In this document: in pieces, positions 49,557 to 59,228 of the stretch
How the letters are laid out: the number at the start of each line of letters is the position of its first letter
How positions within the stretch are numbered: the stretch's first letter is position 1
NCBI GenBank assembly: GCA_002684655.1
Contig: NYVR01000003.1
Span: 22,974 to 86,973 of the forward strand
Length of the DNA: 64,000 nucleotides
Reading direction: 5' to 3'
Source: Planctomycetota bacterium
GTDB taxonomy: Bacteria > Planctomycetota > UBA1135 > UBA2386
The notes under the pieces: model-generated
Told to the model about the DNA's origin: nothing
The model's input: only the letters and a program-made list of their open reading frames with translations
Database searches by the model: none
Made by a program: the position numbers and the translations under genes

Positions 49557-50753
49557 CTATTCGTAGCCGAATCGCCAGGGCCGGTTGTCCATCGGGAGCT
49601 CGTCGACGTGTAGCCCCCGGAGCTTCTCGAATCGCGGCGTCATCTCTTGGATCGAGTCGCCGCCAAGCTTCTCCGACAGCGCGTCTGCAAGCACGATCGC
49701 GACCATCGCTTCACAGATCGGGACGGCGCGCGGGACCTGGCAGTAGTCGCTCCGCTCGTAGTTGGTGGTGGCAGGCGCGCCCGTCGCGAGGTCGACGGAG
49801 CCAAGGGGGCGGAGGGTGGTCGCGATGGGCTTGATGGCCGTGCGGGCGACGAGCGGCGCGCCGTTTGTGATGCCTCCCTCAACGCCACCTGCCCGGTTGG
49901 TGTCCCGGATGAGTTTGCCGTCATCGCTTCGGAGCTCGTCGTGCGTGGCCGTCCCGTGGCGACGGGTCGAATCAAAGCCGCCGCCGATCTCGACCCCCTT
50001 GGCGGCGTTGACGCTCATCAGAGCGCCGGCGATTCGGGCGTCGATGCGGCGATCGTGCTGTACGTAGCTGCCGAGCCCGACCGGTACGCCGGTGGCGAAG
50101 GTCTCTACCACGCCGCCGAGCGTGTCCTTGTTCTTGATGGCCTGCGTGATGGCGGCTCGCATGGCTTCTTGCACGGCGGGGTGGGGGCAGCGTACGTCGT
50201 TCTGCTCGGCTGTTTGAGCGCGGTCAAGCAGCGCGGCGCCCTCGGCAGCAGGCTCTTCGAAGGGGCAATCAACCTCGCCGATCGCGGTTACGTAGCCGCC
50301 GACTTCGACGCCGAACGTGCTCAGCAACGCCCTGCAGATAGCCCCGACGGCGACGCGCGCAGCCGTCTCGCGCGCGGACGCCCGCTCGAGCGATAGCCTG
50401 AGCTCTCGGTAGCCATACTTTGCTGCGCCTGTCAGGTCTGCGTGACCTGGTCTAGGAACAGTCATCGGGGCGATCTCGCGGTCGCGCCAATTTTCATAGT
50501 CGCGGTTCTCGATGACGAACGCGATCGGTGCCCCGGTCGTGTATCCGGCCATCACTCCGGCAGTGATCTGTGCGCGGTCGCTCTCGATCTTCATCCGTCC
50601 GCCGGCGCCAAAGCCCTGTTGGCGCCTGCACAGCTGCTCTGCGATCGTCGCTTCGCTCAGCGCAACTCCTGCCGGCATGCCCTCGAGCACGCCGGTCAGC
50701 GACGGTCCGTGGGACTCGCCGGCGGTCAGGAATCGCAGTCTGCTCGTGAACAT
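49557..50753 (-). CDS. aroC: Chorismate synthase
   Basis: TAGESHG, PRPGHAD, ERASARET, NRAGGVEGGITNG, ERSD. Confidence 0.97.
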   Translation of the reverse strand: MFTSRLRFLTAGESHGPSLTGVLEGMPAGVALSEATIAEQLCRRQQGFGAGGRMKIESDRAQITAGVMAGYTTGAPIAFVIENRDYENWRDREIAPMTVPRPGHADLTGAAKYGYRELRLSLERASARETAARVAVGAICRALLSTFGVEVGGYVTAIGEVDCPFEEPAAEGAALLDRAQTAEQNDVRCPHPAVQEAMRAAITQAIKNKDTLGGVVETFATGVPVGLGSYVQHDRRIDARIAGALMSVNAAKGVEIGGGFDSTRRHGTATHDELRSDDGKLIRDTNRAGGVEGGITNGAPLVARTAIKPIATTLRPLGSVDLATGAPATTNYERSDYCQVPRAVPICEAMVAIVLADALSEKLGGDSIQEMTPRFEKLRGLHVDELPMDNRPWRFGYE

Positions 50754-50801
50754 AGACGCGTTGAGCGTAACGGAGCCGAGGCGCTGGCCATCCCTCCTCG
50801 A

Positions 50802-52523
50802 CTACGAACGGTGTTCCAGCGACAGCGCCGCCGCCGCAGCGGTCACCTGATCCTGCAGCTGCAGCGAAGCGTCGATGGTGCGGTCTGCTGCCGCTTGAAA
50901 TAGCGGCGCGCGTCGGCTGACTAGGTCGTCGACTTCCGCGACGATGGGCGCGCCCGTAACAGTGGGGCGGTCGCTTCCATCTATCCGCTCGCGGAGCAGC
51001 GCCGCCGCCGCCTCGAGGTAGATTACGATCGCCCGCTGTCGCAGTCGTTCGCGAACGGCGGCTGTCTCAAGAGCGCCGCCGCCGAGGGCGAGCACGCGCC
51101 CGGGCAGGAGCTCTTCTTTGATCACCTGCGCCTCTTTCTCCCTGAAGGCGGGCCACCCCCGCGCGGCGACGAATGGAGAAATCGGGCCGTGTTGTGCGGC
51201 GAACTCTTCGTCGGAGTCGACGAAATCCGCGCCCAGGTGCGCGGCGAGGGCGCGCCCAAGCGTTGACTTGCCTGCGCCGCGCATGCCTACCAGCGCGACC
51301 GGTAGGTGAAGCTCGCGTACCTTCTCAAGGTCGCGCCAAAAGCCCGGGTAGCTCTTGTTGACGCAGTCAGGCTCTGAGATATCGATGTCGGGGACTCGCG
51401 CGCCCAGCAGCGCGAACGCCATGGCGACCCGGTGATCTCCTTCGGGGTCTACGGTCACGCCGTGTAGCGGCGCGCCGCCGCGCACCGTCAGCCCGTCTTC
51501 GTGTTCGGTGACATCGGCGCCGCACTTGCGCAGCTCCCGAGTCACTACGGCGACCCGGTCACATTCTTTGACCCGGACGTTGGCGGCCCCAATGAGTCGC
51601 GTCGTGCCGTCCAGCATCGCCGCGAGGCACGCGAGGTTCAGAAACTGATCAGGGATCAAGGAGACGTCGATGGTCCGTGACGCCGGCGTCTGCATGCGTC
51701 GCAGCGCTTCGTCGAGCCACTCGTCGGGTTGGCCTGATCGCCGCTTCAGGTTGCGGCCACGAACGCGGCCGCCCGTGAGGTGGTTTAGGCAGGTCCAGAC
51801 GCCCATGGCGCTCCAATCTGCGCTCGCCCGCACGCTTGCCGGGACGTCACCGTAGCCGCCCTCGACGAACGCTCGCCTGCCTCGCAGTGTCGCGCCGACG
51901 CCGAAACGCTGGATCACCTTTATGGTCCACTCTAGGAAGCCTCGAGAGGCGACCGGACCAACGAGCTCGACGTCTACGCCGGATGGCAGCGCTGCGCCGA
52001 TGAGCAGCAGCGAAGAGACGAACTGGCTGGACACAGAGCCGTCGATCAAGACCTTGCCGCCGGCGGGTCGGGCGCCGACGACGCGCAGGTCTTTGCCGTC
52101 ACGCGTGACGACGACGCCGAGCTGGCGCCACGCGTCGATCAACGGCTGCATCGGGCGTGTCTGCATCCGTTCGTCACCGGTCACCGTCCAATTCCCTGGC
52201 GTGATGGCGGCGAGCGACACGAGGAAGCGCACAGCCGTGCCCGCGTTGCCGCAGAACATCTCGCCGCTCGTTGGGGCGTCCGGCTGACGCGGGCCGACCC
52301 TGATAGTGCGGCCTTCGGCGTCTAACTGAGCCAAGTAGCCGAGCGCGGCGATCCCGCTCACCATGTAGCGCACGTCGTCGGATGCGGAGACGCCCTCGAC
52401 CGTTACTTCGCGGCCGGACAGCGCGGCGAGCACCAAGAGGCGGTTGACCTCGCTCTTGCTGCCGGGCAATTCGAGCTCGGCGGCGCTGGGGTAGAGGTGT
52501 GGAGTGATCGAGTATGTCGTCAC
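50802..52523 (-). CDS. aroA: Bifunctional EPSP synthase (AroA) - shikimate kinase (AroK)
   Basis: LPGSKS, GNAGTAVRF, SSQFVS, RVKECDR, DHRVAM, KSYPGFW, then GMRGAGKST, FREKE, GGG, RP. Confidence 0.93.
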   Translation of the reverse strand: MTTYSITPHLYPSAAELELPGSKSEVNRLLVLAALSGREVTVEGVSASDDVRYMVSGIAALGYLAQLDAEGRTIRVGPRQPDAPTSGEMFCGNAGTAVRFLVSLAAITPGNWTVTGDERMQTRPMQPLIDAWRQLGVVVTRDGKDLRVVGARPAGGKVLIDGSVSSQFVSSLLLIGAALPSGVDVELVGPVASRGFLEWTIKVIQRFGVGATLRGRRAFVEGGYGDVPASVRASADWSAMGVWTCLNHLTGGRVRGRNLKRRSGQPDEWLDEALRRMQTPASRTIDVSLIPDQFLNLACLAAMLDGTTRLIGAANVRVKECDRVAVVTRELRKCGADVTEHEDGLTVRGGAPLHGVTVDPEGDHRVAMAFALLGARVPDIDISEPDCVNKSYPGFWRDLEKVRELHLPVALVGMRGAGKSTLGRALAAHLGADFVDSDEEFAAQHGPISPFVAARGWPAFREKEAQVIKEELLPGRVLALGGGALETAAVRERLRQRAIVIYLEAAAALLRERIDGSDRPTVTGAPIVAEVDDLVSRRAPLFQAAADRTIDASLQLQDQVTAAAAALSLEHRS

Positions 52524-53563
52524 GAGAGGGCCTTACGCATGCCTGCTTCCGTCAGCGTGACGAGCTCACCATCGCCGAGCGTGCGCGGCACGAACATCGG
52601 CACCTCGCCGCGCGCCGCCTTCTTGTCGTGGCGAGCGCGGTCCCACAACTCTTTTGGTTGGCGGAGCCGCGCTGGGATCTCGGTCGGTGCGCCGATGGCG
52701 CGGAGCATGTCTCCGATCCGAGCAGTCGTCTCGACGCTGACGTCGGCGGCTCGACATTCGGCGATGAGACCCATCGCGATCGCGGCGCCGTGCCGGACCG
52801 TTCCTTTTGCCAAGCTCTCGACGGCGTGTCCGATGGTGTGACCCGCGTTGAGGGCGCGTCTACGATCGCTCTCTCGCTCGTCGTTCAGGACGACGGCCAT
52901 CTTCATCTCGACGGCCATGGAGACGACGCGCGCGGTCGCGTCGTGATCGCGAGCGACCAGCGCTGACGCTATCTCCTCGAGCGCGACGAAGTGATCGGCG
53001 TCGAGGACGGCGGCTTTCTTGACGACTTCGACGAGTCCCTCGCGGTAGAGGTCGTCAGGGAGCGTCTCTAACCAACTCGTGTCCATCACCACGGCGTCAG
53101 GTTGGTTGATCGTGCCAATGCGATTCTTAAGGCCGCAGTGGTCGACGCCGTTCTTGCCGCCCAGGGCTGCGTCGCACATAGCGAGCGTCGTAGTCGGGCA
53201 AGAGACGAAGGCGACCCCTCGAAGGTAGACGGATGCGACGAAGCCGACGAGATCGGTGACTGTGCCGCCGCCGAGCGCGACGATCACGGTCGCGCGAGTG
53301 GCGGCCGCCCGGTGCAGCCGCTCAGCTAACTCACCGGCGGCCTGCAGGCTCTTAGTCGAGTCTTCGCCCGAAACGGCCAGCGTTGTGTCGGCGCTTAAGG
53401 CTGCCGCTACCCGATTTGCCACAGCCGCCAGCTGCTGATCGTGCACGACGACGACGTTATGTGGTCGCAGCGCGGAGACGATCTCAGGCAACCGCTGTTC
53501 GGCCCCGCGTTGGATCAAGACGCGCGACTCGCTGGTGTGCGTGAACGAGAACGTTTGGTCCAT
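52520..53563 (-). CDS. aroB: 3-dehydroquinate synthase
   Basis: GGGTVTD, RGV, PTT, DAALGGKNG, LNAGHTIGHAVE, DKK. Confidence 0.94.
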   Translation of the reverse strand: MDQTFSFTHTSESRVLIQRGAEQRLPEIVSALRPHNVVVVHDQQLAAVANRVAAALSADTTLAVSGEDSTKSLQAAGELAERLHRAAATRATVIVALGGGTVTDLVGFVASVYLRGVAFVSCPTTTLAMCDAALGGKNGVDHCGLKNRIGTINQPDAVVMDTSWLETLPDDLYREGLVEVVKKAAVLDADHFVALEEIASALVARDHDATARVVSMAVEMKMAVVLNDERESDRRRALNAGHTIGHAVESLAKGTVRHGAAIAMGLIAECRAADVSVETTARIGDMLRAIGAPTEIPARLRQPKELWDRARHDKKAARGEVPMFVPRTLGDGELVTLTEAGMRKALS

Positions 53564-53644
53564 GGTGTATGCAGCGACGGTACTCGACCGGTCGCTGAAG
53601 TTCTCACCTGCAGCCGTCCCAGGTCGACTTCCGGTGTCCGCAGG

Positions 53645-54037
53645 CTAGGTCAACACGCGCGGCGCTGCGCCGGTTTGCTGGCTGCGGCTTGCATCCTCTC
53701 TCTTTTGGACGGGAGCGCCCTGGGTTGGCGTGGTCCCGCCAGACCGCTCAACGGTGCACGTCGTTCCGTGGCTCGCGGTGCCCGCCTGCAGCCACCGAGC
53801 GAAGGCGCGGACCAGAGTCGGCATGACGATGTAGCTCATTAGCGGGACCGCGAGGGCCGTCACGATCAGCGTCATTAGCGGTAGCGGGAGACGCTCTGCT
53901 AGCGACGACGGCAGGCACCACAGCAACAACGTGATGGTGGGGTAAATACCTACCCAGTTGAGCAACACCATCCGATGACGCGACGGCGTGGTTGGTCCTA
54001 GCGAGCGTCTGGTTTGCATCCACAACCAGATCGGCAT
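53645..54037 (-). CDS. Small membrane protein resembling the TM tail of ABM-domain proteins
   Basis: PSRHRMVLLNWVGIYPTI...LMSYIVMP...FARWL; start uncertain (54037 or 54019). Confidence 0.65.
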   Translation of the reverse strand: MPIWLWMQTRRSLGPTTPSRHRMVLLNWVGIYPTITLLLWCLPSSLAERLPLPLMTLIVTALAVPLMSYIVMPTLVRAFARWLQAGTASHGTTCTVERSGGTTPTQGAPVQKREDASRSQQTGAAPRVLT

Positions 54038-54045
54038 CTCGCCGA

Positions 54046-56070
54046 CTAGCGATGCACGAATTCCGCTTTGGCCTTGGGTCCGTTCTGGAGGAAGTTCGCG
54101 ACGCCGATGCGCATGTCTTCGGTGCCACAGACCTCTCCGAAGCACTGCGCCTCGAAGGGCACTGCTTCAGCGAGCGGTAATTTGGCGGCTCCGAGGATGG
54201 CTTTCTGAAGGATCTCGTCGACGCGGCGTGAGAGGTGGCCGATTTCGATTGCGGGTAACACTTCGGGGACGTCGCTCATTGGGCCCTCGGCCATGCGCGA
54301 TCGCGGCGCTTTGCCGTCGGCCATGTCGCTGCACAGCGCGACGGCCCGGTCGACCAGGTCGCCTTCGACCTCTTCACGGATCAGTCCGAAGGCCAGCGCC
54401 TTCTCTGAGCTGATCGGTCGGCAGGTGCGCAGCATCATGTTGGCGTTTTCAAAGCCCACCAAGCGCGCCAGCCGCACGGTGCCGCCGGCCCCCGGAATGA
54501 TGCCGAGGTTTGCCTCAGGTTGACCTGCGAGCACCTTGATCCCCTTCTTGGCGATGCGGGTCTCACACGCCATCGCGGTCTCGATGCCGCCGCCGAACGC
54601 GAGGCCGTTAAGCGCGGCGACGGTCGGCTTTTGCACGGCTTGCACGGCGTCGACGCAGACCTGCGATGTCCGTGACGTTTGTTCTCCCATCTCGACGCTG
54701 TCGATCTCTGCGAGGAAGTTGACGTCGGCGCCGCTAACGAACGCCTTCTTGCCAAAGCCGGTAAGCACGATGCCCTTAACGGCGTCGTCAGCGTCGCACT
54801 CTTCGAACCGCCTCCTGAGCTCTTTAAAGACCTCCTGATCCAGCGCGTTGAGGACTTTGGGCCTGCGGATCGTCAGCACGGCCACGCCGTCGCGGTCCTC
54901 ACGCAAGATCACCGGAATGTCGAAGGGTTTGTCCGTGGCGCCGTGCGCCTCGATGCACTTGGGCACCGGGAAGCCTTCGTATTCGGCGGCGTATGCCCTC
55001 ACCAACTCAAGCGCTCGGGCTGTGCCGACCTCGTTCATGAACGAGAACGCCGGCGACATGTCCAACGCGACGTCGAGGCCCATGTTGAAGTCGGAGATCG
55101 AGATCAGCCCTGCGTCTACGATTTCACCGCAGAGGCCGAAGTAGGCGCCCATCAGCGCGTCGCGGACTTTGGTCGCGACGTCTTCGCTAACCTCGACCTT
55201 CTCGCCTCGAGCGGGCACGTCCCACGGCTCGTTGTCTGCGACCTTTTGCTTCAGGGATTCCGGCGTGCGCCAGTAAGGGCCGATCTTGGTCGTGTAGTTG
55301 TCTAGGCCGACCGCGGTGATGGGGTTGCCGCCGGTGAGGTTCATCGCGGTGAAAGATCCCACCCCCATCTTGAACGTCTTCTTGCAGACGACATCGATCT
55401 CTTTGGTCGTCGCGACGCCGCGCTCTGCGAGCAGCGCGCACGCGTAGAACAACCCCTCGAAGACCGGGTCCAGCGCGTAGCCGTAGCGAGACTGCACTTC
55501 GATCGGGACCTTGCCGATGTTCTCATAGAACGACATCAGCCATCGGGTCGTCTCGGGCGTCGTGTCTCTGCCGGTGACGACCTCGACGAGCAGGTTGCGC
55601 TCGGCAGGGAAGAAGTAGTGCACGACGCCGGTGCGCCCTTTGTGCTTGCTGTCGGCGAAGATGACCTCTGGCTCTAAGTGCGAGCTGTTGCTGCACAAGA
55701 TCGCGTCTTCCGACACCAGCTCTTCGACCGTGCCGAAGATCTTGCCCTTTAGCTCCTTGTTCTCCGTGGCTGCCTCGACGACGAGGTCGGCGCCGCGGAT
55801 GTCTTCGTAATCGGACGTCCACAAGACGCTCCCGGTCATGGCCTGCTGTTGGGCCTCGCTGAAGGCGCCGGTCTCGACGCCCTTGGCGACCTTGCGTTCC
55901 AGCTTCTTCTTACCGCCGGCCAACGCCTCGTCGCTGACGTCTACGACGACGGTCTGAACGCCGAACGGGCTGAGGACCTTGGTGAAGTAGAGGGCGATGT
56001 CCGGTCCGATCTGGCCGGAACCGATGACAGCGACCTTGCGGATCTCGCGACCTTGGTGGGTGAAGCTCAT
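54046..56070 (-). CDS. 3-hydroxyacyl-CoA dehydrogenase / enoyl-CoA hydratase (dehydrogenase N-terminal)
   Basis: VIGSGQIG, EAATE, SNSS, GKVPI; C-terminal RPKVLNAL, FVSGAD, GGGIE, PEANLGIIPGAGGT. Confidence 0.92.
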   Translation of the reverse strand: MSFTHQGREIRKVAVIGSGQIGPDIALYFTKVLSPFGVQTVVVDVSDEALAGGKKKLERKVAKGVETGAFSEAQQQAMTGSVLWTSDYEDIRGADLVVEAATENKELKGKIFGTVEELVSEDAILCSNSSHLEPEVIFADSKHKGRTGVVHYFFPAERNLLVEVVTGRDTTPETTRWLMSFYENIGKVPIEVQSRYGYALDPVFEGLFYACALLAERGVATTKEIDVVCKKTFKMGVGSFTAMNLTGGNPITAVGLDNYTTKIGPYWRTPESLKQKVADNEPWDVPARGEKVEVSEDVATKVRDALMGAYFGLCGEIVDAGLISISDFNMGLDVALDMSPAFSFMNEVGTARALELVRAYAAEYEGFPVPKCIEAHGATDKPFDIPVILREDRDGVAVLTIRRPKVLNALDQEVFKELRRRFEECDADDAVKGIVLTGFGKKAFVSGADVNFLAEIDSVEMGEQTSRTSQVCVDAVQAVQKPTVAALNGLAFGGGIETAMACETRIAKKGIKVLAGQPEANLGIIPGAGGTVRLARLVGFENANMMLRTCRPISSEKALAFGLIREEVEGDLVDRAVALCSDMADGKAPRSRMAEGPMSDVPEVLPAIEIGHLSRRVDEILQKAILGAAKLPLAEAVPFEAQCFGEVCGTEDMRIGVANFLQNGPKAKAEFVHR

Positions 56071-56894
56071 GGATTTGTCGTTTCGGGGGGAAACAGGTTA
56101 GCGATGCACCTCGGCCGGAGGAAGTCTGCAGGTCACCTGTCCGACCCGTGGCGGGGCTGCGAGCGACGTCCTGCTGGGCGTCGATGAGGCCTGCCGATCT
56201 CACGGGGCAGGTCGCCGAGGCTGTCGAGCCCGGGAGGCCGCGCGAGCGAAGCGACGATGCCGGCCTACGTGGGCGGGGGGGGGGAGGCGATGCGGAGCTC
56301 GCTGGAATGGGCCGTGGCCCGCGTCGCGGCTGCATGCGCGCCGACGAGGTGAAAACAAAGCAGGCCTTCGATGGTCAACGTCCGCTGTCGAGCGCGCCGA
56401 AGAGGTCCGCTGTGCGCCCGCCGTCCTGCTGCGCCTGCGCGTGAGGCCCCGGCGGACCTCCGCCGCTTAACAGCTCGCGTCTGCGCGGACGTCGAGCGAG
56501 CCGTCCGTCGTGAGCGCGTCAGCGTTCCCCCGCAGGCGCCGCGCCCCCGAAAGGGTCAGACCTGATCGAATGGCCGCTGGTTCGGCGGGCGTTCCATCGA
56601 TCAGGCGAGATTGCGGCTTCATATGTCGATTTATTTATCGAGCCCTGGATTTGCGGGTCGTCGATATCCATACGCAACGCGGCGGATTTGCGCCGTATCT
56701 GCGTAACGCCGAAATTGTGTTCATAAGCAACAACGATCCAACGCTTTGCTGTCACTGCGGCAAGCGGCGCAGTCTTGCGGTTCGAGACCTATGCTGTTTC
56801 CCGTAACAGCGGGCTGCGTCATATAGCCATTTACGCTTCATTTGCCGCCTAGCATGCGTTCTCGGCCAACTGTAGCGTGCGTCGCGAGGCCTCC

Positions 56895-57383
56895 ATGCAA
56901 ACGCCACGACTTACATCACATCGCGCCTGCTATGTAACTGGCGTCCTGTTCTTTGTGGCGTTCCTGACAGGGTGCGGCGGCGGCTCTGGGTCCGCGCCGC
57001 CTGCGTTCACGTATCAAACATCCTTGGGAGCAGGGACTTCGATCCACGTTCAACTCAGCGACGGGACCCCCGTCGCCGGCGCCATCGTGCAGATCCAGGA
57101 TCATCTTCCGGAGCCGACCGGACAGGAGACGCGCGAGGAGCTGGAGACCGGCAAGCTCTACTTTCACGGCCAGACGAACGCGTTCGGCGTCGTGCGCGGT
57201 CTCTGTAAGTTCCCGGTGGATGTGACCACGTGCGACGTCCTGGTCACGAGCCCTGCCCATACGGGCCCTTATACCTTCGAGTCGCACCACGATTTTTGGG
57301 GCGCGACAGCGCCCTCGGCGCGCGTGCAGTTCCCGGTGACGTCCCAACTGAACGCGACGGTTGTCGTGGAGGCAAGGCAATGA
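56895..57383 (+). CDS. Lipoprotein, probable partner of the LruC-domain protein
   Basis: LTG-C lipobox, G/S linker, DGTPVAGAIV...GQTNAFG; ATGA overlap with the next gene. Confidence 0.75.
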   Translation: MQTPRLTSHRACYVTGVLFFVAFLTGCGGGSGSAPPAFTYQTSLGAGTSIHVQLSDGTPVAGAIVQIQDHLPEPTGQETREELETGKLYFHGQTNAFGVVRGLCKFPVDVTTCDVLVTSPAHTGPYTFESHHDFWGATAPSARVQFPVTSQLNATVVVEARQ

Positions 57384-59176
57384 GAGCGTCCCATCGCTTC
57401 GCAGCAGCGCTGGTCGCGTTGAGCTCTGTCGGCATCGCGCAAGACTTCTGGGCCGGGGGCACCCCTGGCAACCGTCCATGGCAGCTCTGGGGTCTCGAGC
57501 AGCAGCTGTTCACCAGCTCGAATAACCAGGCCGCTCAACACGTGGCCAACGCCGACTTCTCGCCCAACCTGCTGGTGCAGCAGCCGACCTACATCGACTT
57601 GGTATGGATGCACGAGGGCGTTTCCAGCGCGAATCACTCGTTCGGCTACTTCACCTACACGGAGACGAACGGCAGCGTCGAGATCATCGATCGGCAGCTG
57701 ATGTTCCGCAGCGTCGACTGGGGTCCATCCAGCTGGACGTCGAGCGGCAACGGCCAGATGTTGTCGAACGCGGCCTACTACCTGCGTGACAGCAGCGGCG
57801 TCCGCCGCCTGTTCCAGCCCGGAGAGCGCGTCGGCTTCTTCTTGGTTTACGACGGTGGCGTGACGTGGGCGCCGCTTGGCCCATATGCCCCGATCTTCGA
57901 GTGGGGTGATCCGGCCCAGCCAGCGATCCCTTCGACAGACCCGGCGGTCAACGACCTGTTCGGACCTAGCGGCGGCGGGTGCTTAACGTCGCTCGTGCGG
58001 TTCAACCCTGGCGCGCAGCGACAGTTCGATAGCGAGGGCAACCTGCTCAACGCGATCGACTTTAAATACCTCGCGATGACGCACATCACGGACCCTCAGT
58101 ACCGCTTCCCGGACTGGCTGGGCGGCCGCGATTACTTCTACTGCGGGTTCGAGGACACCAAGTCGCCGAACAGCAGCATGGATTGGAACGAGTTCGTGTT
58201 TCAGGTGTCACCGACGGTCGCGGGGGCCTTGGACACAGCGTCCAACCATGGCTACGCGAACGATCCGGACACGGACGGCGACGGTGTCTTGGACATCAAC
58301 GACCACTACCCGAACGACCCCGACAGGGCGTTCCGCCGTCGAGAGCCGAACAGCGGCTACACGGTCATCGGCCTCGAAGACAATTATCCAGAGATCGGGG
58401 ACGCGGACTATAACGACGCGGTCGTCGCGTACGCGTTCGAGGTCGTGACCGACGCCGACAACCAGATCCGCGACACCTTGGGCATGTTCCACCTGATCGC
58501 GCGTGGCGCTGGCTACGACGCCTCGATGGGGATGAGGATCGCCGACCTACCGATCGCCACGACGGGGACGGTCACGCTGGAGCGCTTTGAATCGGGCTCC
58601 AACCTCGGCCTACCCCCGACTTCGGTGAGCATCGCAAGTCTTCCTTATGAAGTCGGTCGCCGCCTCGATGATATTTTCCCGTCGACGATGGCCGCGCTGC
58701 CGCCCGAGCCCGGTTCGTTCGCGACGAACACGCTCTCAAGTCAGATCGCGGTGGCGCCGGCGTCGTGCGCTGTGCGCTGGTCATTTGACCAACCGCTGGA
58801 CCCTGTCTCCATCGGCTTGGCCCCGTATGACCTCTACTTCATCGTGAAGCGCGGTACGTTCGAAGCCGACATCCACCGCCCCGGCTTCGCAGGCTTCGCC
58901 GAACGGCCGACGTGGTTGCCGGCAGAGGTCGGTCCCGCCAGCTTCCTCGACGAGAACGGCGCGCCCTGGGTGTTCGAGGTCAGCACCGGTTGGAAGTTCC
59001 CGCTGGAACAGGTCGACATCTCGAGCGTCTATTCGCGGTTCCAGCCCTGGGTGGCGTCGGCGGGGGCGTTGGACCCGGACTGGTTCTTGAACGTGACACA
59101 GGGTCAGCAGGCTAACGTCAGCGGGGACATCGCGACGATCGTAACGCCTCGACCCTGGAGCATCCTGGTTCGCTGA
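57380..59176 (+). CDS. Secreted LruC/DUF4842 domain protein with a DUF4114-like N-part
   Basis: Signal peptide; HEG...HSFGYF, GFED...DWNE, DTDGDGVLD..D.YPNDP, EDNYP..GDADYNDAV, PWVFEV..WKFPLE..DI..Y..F..W. Confidence 0.82.
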   Translation: MRASHRFAAALVALSSVGIAQDFWAGGTPGNRPWQLWGLEQQLFTSSNNQAAQHVANADFSPNLLVQQPTYIDLVWMHEGVSSANHSFGYFTYTETNGSVEIIDRQLMFRSVDWGPSSWTSSGNGQMLSNAAYYLRDSSGVRRLFQPGERVGFFLVYDGGVTWAPLGPYAPIFEWGDPAQPAIPSTDPAVNDLFGPSGGGCLTSLVRFNPGAQRQFDSEGNLLNAIDFKYLAMTHITDPQYRFPDWLGGRDYFYCGFEDTKSPNSSMDWNEFVFQVSPTVAGALDTASNHGYANDPDTDGDGVLDINDHYPNDPDRAFRRREPNSGYTVIGLEDNYPEIGDADYNDAVVAYAFEVVTDADNQIRDTLGMFHLIARGAGYDASMGMRIADLPIATTGTVTLERFESGSNLGLPPTSVSIASLPYEVGRRLDDIFPSTMAALPPEPGSFATNTLSSQIAVAPASCAVRWSFDQPLDPVSIGLAPYDLYFIVKRGTFEADIHRPGFAGFAERPTWLPAEVGPASFLDENGAPWVFEVSTGWKFPLEQVDISSVYSRFQPWVASAGALDPDWFLNVTQGQQANVSGDIATIVTPRPWSILVR

Positions 59177-59228
59177 CGGACCCGCCTCCTCAGGTGCTGC
59201 CCGAGGAGAGAGTGATCCGCTCGCAGGA

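Noticed and set aside
56271..56288. Long G run (gggcgggggggggggagg), possible G-quadruplex or phase-variation tract
   Set aside because: Intergenic, single copy, not in a coding frame or an evident promoter spacer; could be a homopolymer artefact.
56071..56894. About 800-bp intergenic region, checked for riboswitch, ncRNA or small CDS
   Set aside because: No recognisable RNA family motif; ORFs are Arg/Pro-rich noise; probably divergent promoters.
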